The notes under the pieces are model-generated. The model ran no database searches. It saw only the letters and a program-made list of their open reading frames with translations, and was not told the origin of the DNA. Below, piece after piece: positions 60,940 through 64,000 of a stretch of 64,000 nucleotides of DNA; position 1 is the first letter of the stretch, and each line of letters begins with the position of its first letter. Source of the stretch: the human T2T-CHM13v2.0 reference genome, Homo sapiens. The stretch lies in NCBI RefSeq assembly GCF_009914755.1, contig NC_060928.1. One strand, given 5' to 3'. Made by a program: the position numbers and the translations under genes.

Positions 60940-61255
60940 TTTTTTTTTTTTTTTTTTTTTTTTTTTGGTTTTGACATGGAGCCTTGCTCTGTCACCCAGG
61001 CTGGAGTGCAGTGATACGATCTCAGCTACACTGCAACCTCCGCCTCCCAGGTTCAAGCGATTCTCCTGCCTCAGCTTCCCAATTAGCTGGGATTACAGGC
61101 TCACACCACTGTGCCCGGCTAATTTTTGTATTTTTAGTAGAGATGGGATTTCACTATGTTGGCCAGGTTGGTCTCGAACTCCTGACCTCAAGTGATCCGC
61201 CCGCCTCAGCCTCCCAAAGTGCTGGGAATACAGGCATAAGCCACCACACCCTGCC
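60940..61255 (-). mobile_element. Alu (S-like)
   Basis: Long poly-T and antisense dimer. Confidence 0.95.
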
Positions 61256-62694
61256 TCTGTATTGTTATTATCAGCCAACACACACACACTTAGGGGATGG
61301 GTGCTCCAGGAGTAAAGATGGCAAACAACATCCAATTATAGCTGTTATTATTATCCATCATAACTGATAATATTATCAAAAGGCAGTTCATATTTTTGCA
61401 GTTGGAAAAAGTTTCCCTTCAATGGTGGCTGTGAAACTGGTGCTATATTTTTTCTCCTACAAAAGGCTATGTTTTCCTTAATGTTCACCTGTAAAATTAA
61501 GTAGAAAAGCCTATTAATTTGAAGGGAAAATGCAAGTGAATTTATTAATGAAGTGTTAACAAAAAGGTTTATTGTAGCAAGGTTCTCTTCTCATTCCCTA
61601 CGAGGCCTCTTACCACATACTCACATATATTTCTCCCCTAAGAATGTCTGTCTGTTGGTTTCCGAGGTAAGAACGCGGTTTTTTGTTTTTGTTTTTGTCT
61701 GCTGTAATCGAAGCAAGTTTCCAAGTTGGTGAATTAATCCACTGTGCCCTGCTTACACCTAACTAGTTAAGAAGGATACAATATCATATTATATATGCAC
61801 AAAGATATATACTTTAATATATGAACCAGAATTAATTAATGCTTCATGCAGAAAAATCCATTTTGCCTCAATATGTAAGCACTTGAGAAATGTGTTTCTC
61901 TGAAAGCTTCTGGGAAACTGCTAGAGTGATCTATTGAACTATAAACGTAAATCTACTTATAATTTATAAGCAAATAAGCCTCAGGCATGTTTTTATAGTT
62001 TCAGCCTTCTCTGGCTAGTCTTCACAGCAGAAAAGAAAAGAAGTACTTTTTGAGAGTAACTCAAATTTTCTTCCCACATTCGGTATACGTGAAGGAATTT
62101 GGAGAAATTTTGCATTTGGTGGAAACCCATTTATAAATTTTCTTGTGAAAATATTATAACCATTGTAGCAATCTTGGGGACAGGAAGTACTTGATCTTTG
62201 TTCAAGCCATCGGTTACAAAATATTGGAAGTGAAAGCTGCTGAGGTCTGCGGTGCAGGGGTAGTGGGCCGAAGTATCTTGTTAAAAGGGAAGGACTTATA
62301 CATTTCAGCATTCATGTACATTTGTTAGACCACAAGTAATTATGACCTTTTTGGGGAAAAAAAAATGCAATGGAGGTGAATTGTTTCCCTTGCCAGGAGA
62401 CAGAATTTTTGAGCAGCTCTCTGGAGAGCAATAATGGCCCAGCATGGGTTTGATTAATTTGCAACTGGAAAGGTATTAACTTGAGGAAAGTGTTCAAGAA
62501 ATATTTGGAAGTTATGGTTTCTCTATTGGACTGCCTTGAAGATTTAGATGTCCCCCCAGGTGCTATGTGATCAGTAAGAAATGCAGTGACTCCTGAGCTT
62601 TTGGAGGTGGGTGATGAAGGGTGATGGTGATATGTTGAAGAAAATCAGATTTTCTCTTTTTTGTCAGGAGTGGTGGCTCAGTTGGATGCAAACT

Positions 62695-62890
62695 AGCTAA
62701 CATTTATTGAGGACTGAAAATGTTCCAGGCACTGTCTGAGAACTTTTCTTGTTTATGAGAGAGGTACTACTGTGATCCACTTTCCACAGATAAGAAAAGA
62801 GAGATTAAGTAATTTGCCTCTGGTCACCCAGCTAGTTAGGAATAAAATTGAAACCTAAATAGTTTGACTCCAGGGCACATGCTCTTAGCT
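62695..62890 (-). mobile_element. MIR
   Basis: taacatttattgag...ccaggcactgt...acagataagaaaa...gattaagtaatttgcc..ggtcac. Confidence 0.7.
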
Positions 62891-64000
62891 TTTTGGTGAC
62901 ACAGCTTCCAAGGATATAACCATAACCAGGAGAAGGAACTTGTAGGCTTATATCACACTCCAGTTATTCTGAAGCAAGGTTGTGTCCTTGCAAAGTTAAA
63001 TGAGGAATTGGATTATTTTCTTATATATTCTATCAATTCTATTTTGCAGCCCATCTATTCTGGAAAAGTTAAGGTTGGTGGTGGTGGTTCCTGGGTCTTC
63101 GGCTATTATTTTTTCAGTCTACTTTCATAAATTCTCCACTTAATTTTGAGTCTGTACCAGTTGAAAAGAACCAAAGTAGGGTGATACAAATGAAGAAAGT
63201 AGCCTGAATCTGACTTCAAGCATATCTTCTGTACCAATGTGAACTTATAGAAGGATTTCAGTGAGACATATGTAACTTTAGCTGGGAAAAAGAGTTGGAG
63301 TGATCATGACCCTCAAAGATCACCTGGAGATGTGGGAACTAAGAGTGACTGAAGGCCAGCGACTTGGCCAACATCATGCAGAATGGCTCAGAGAAGGCTT
63401 TAAAGGGAGCCTAGCATGGGCGCTTCCTGGAACGGGGCTCTTTCCTCAGTGTGCCCTTTAAATGGAAGGCTCAGCTATCAGGCAACACTTGACAAATCGC
63501 AGTGAAAAGTAACAGATCTGGTGACAAGGTGTTTACTGACAAAGAGACAAACTCAAATGGAAAAATGTTCTTATAGGAACTCTCTTGGGCCCTTCAGCCA
63601 CAGAGTGTCCTCTGGGGAAGAATACATTTGGCTCAAGTTCACTCTGGTAGAAAAGATGCTGGGCAATGAGGTGGTGGGGGCTGGTTGGAAGGGTGATAAT
63701 GACAAGTTGGCAACCAAAAACAGAGTAAAGCAGATTTATGGCTTGAAAACCTAACCCAAACCACAACTGTGAAGTGCCAGGGATCTCAGGGGGTTTGCTA
63801 TTTGGGGAAATCAGGCCAATTTCTTCTTCATATGTCTAGATCTTTTGAATACATCATGCTAATATTATCCTACCTTGGACAGTTGTGAAAATAGTTCAAT
63901 GGTGATTGATTTACATATTCCAAAAATGTTCCTATTCTAGAAATTAATTTAAAACATCACAGCTATAAGGAATAACTATTTATGCTTCAAGTTTCCAGGC

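Overview
Eukaryotic (primate, almost certainly human) genomic DNA. Positions 2793-41860 (+) hold the 3' half of the EGF gene (pro-epidermal growth factor). There are 13 GT-AG exons (exons 12-24 in the usual 24-exon numbering, recalled rather than checked) that splice in frame. They encode the rest of the second YWTD beta-propeller, EGF-like repeats, the 53-aa mature EGF (split across two exons), the transmembrane helix and the cytoplasmic tail. The stop codon ends at 39547 and the 3'UTR has three AATAAA signals. The introns and the ~22 kb downstream are mostly interspersed repeats (Alu, L1, L2, MIR, MaLR/ERVL LTRs, DNA transposons); most entries in the ORF track are repeat-derived or chance ORFs. 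I see no wholly new biological system. The items most worth a second look are: (1) a U6/L1 chimeric retrocopy ending ~120 bp before exon 19, whose only non-CpG change hits U6 U74; (2) an LTR8 fragment with a poly(A) tail and long TSDs, i.e. an ERV transcript end apparently mobilised by L1; (3) a ~35-bp piece of the EGF 3'UTR copied into a downstream Alu; (4) an ERVL LTR-PBS-gag remnant with stop-free gag frames; (5) candidate CTCF sites and a CpG/HRE-rich intronic patch. Repeat subfamily names and variant or isoform identities come from memory of consensus sequences, not from a database search; repeat boundaries are approximate.
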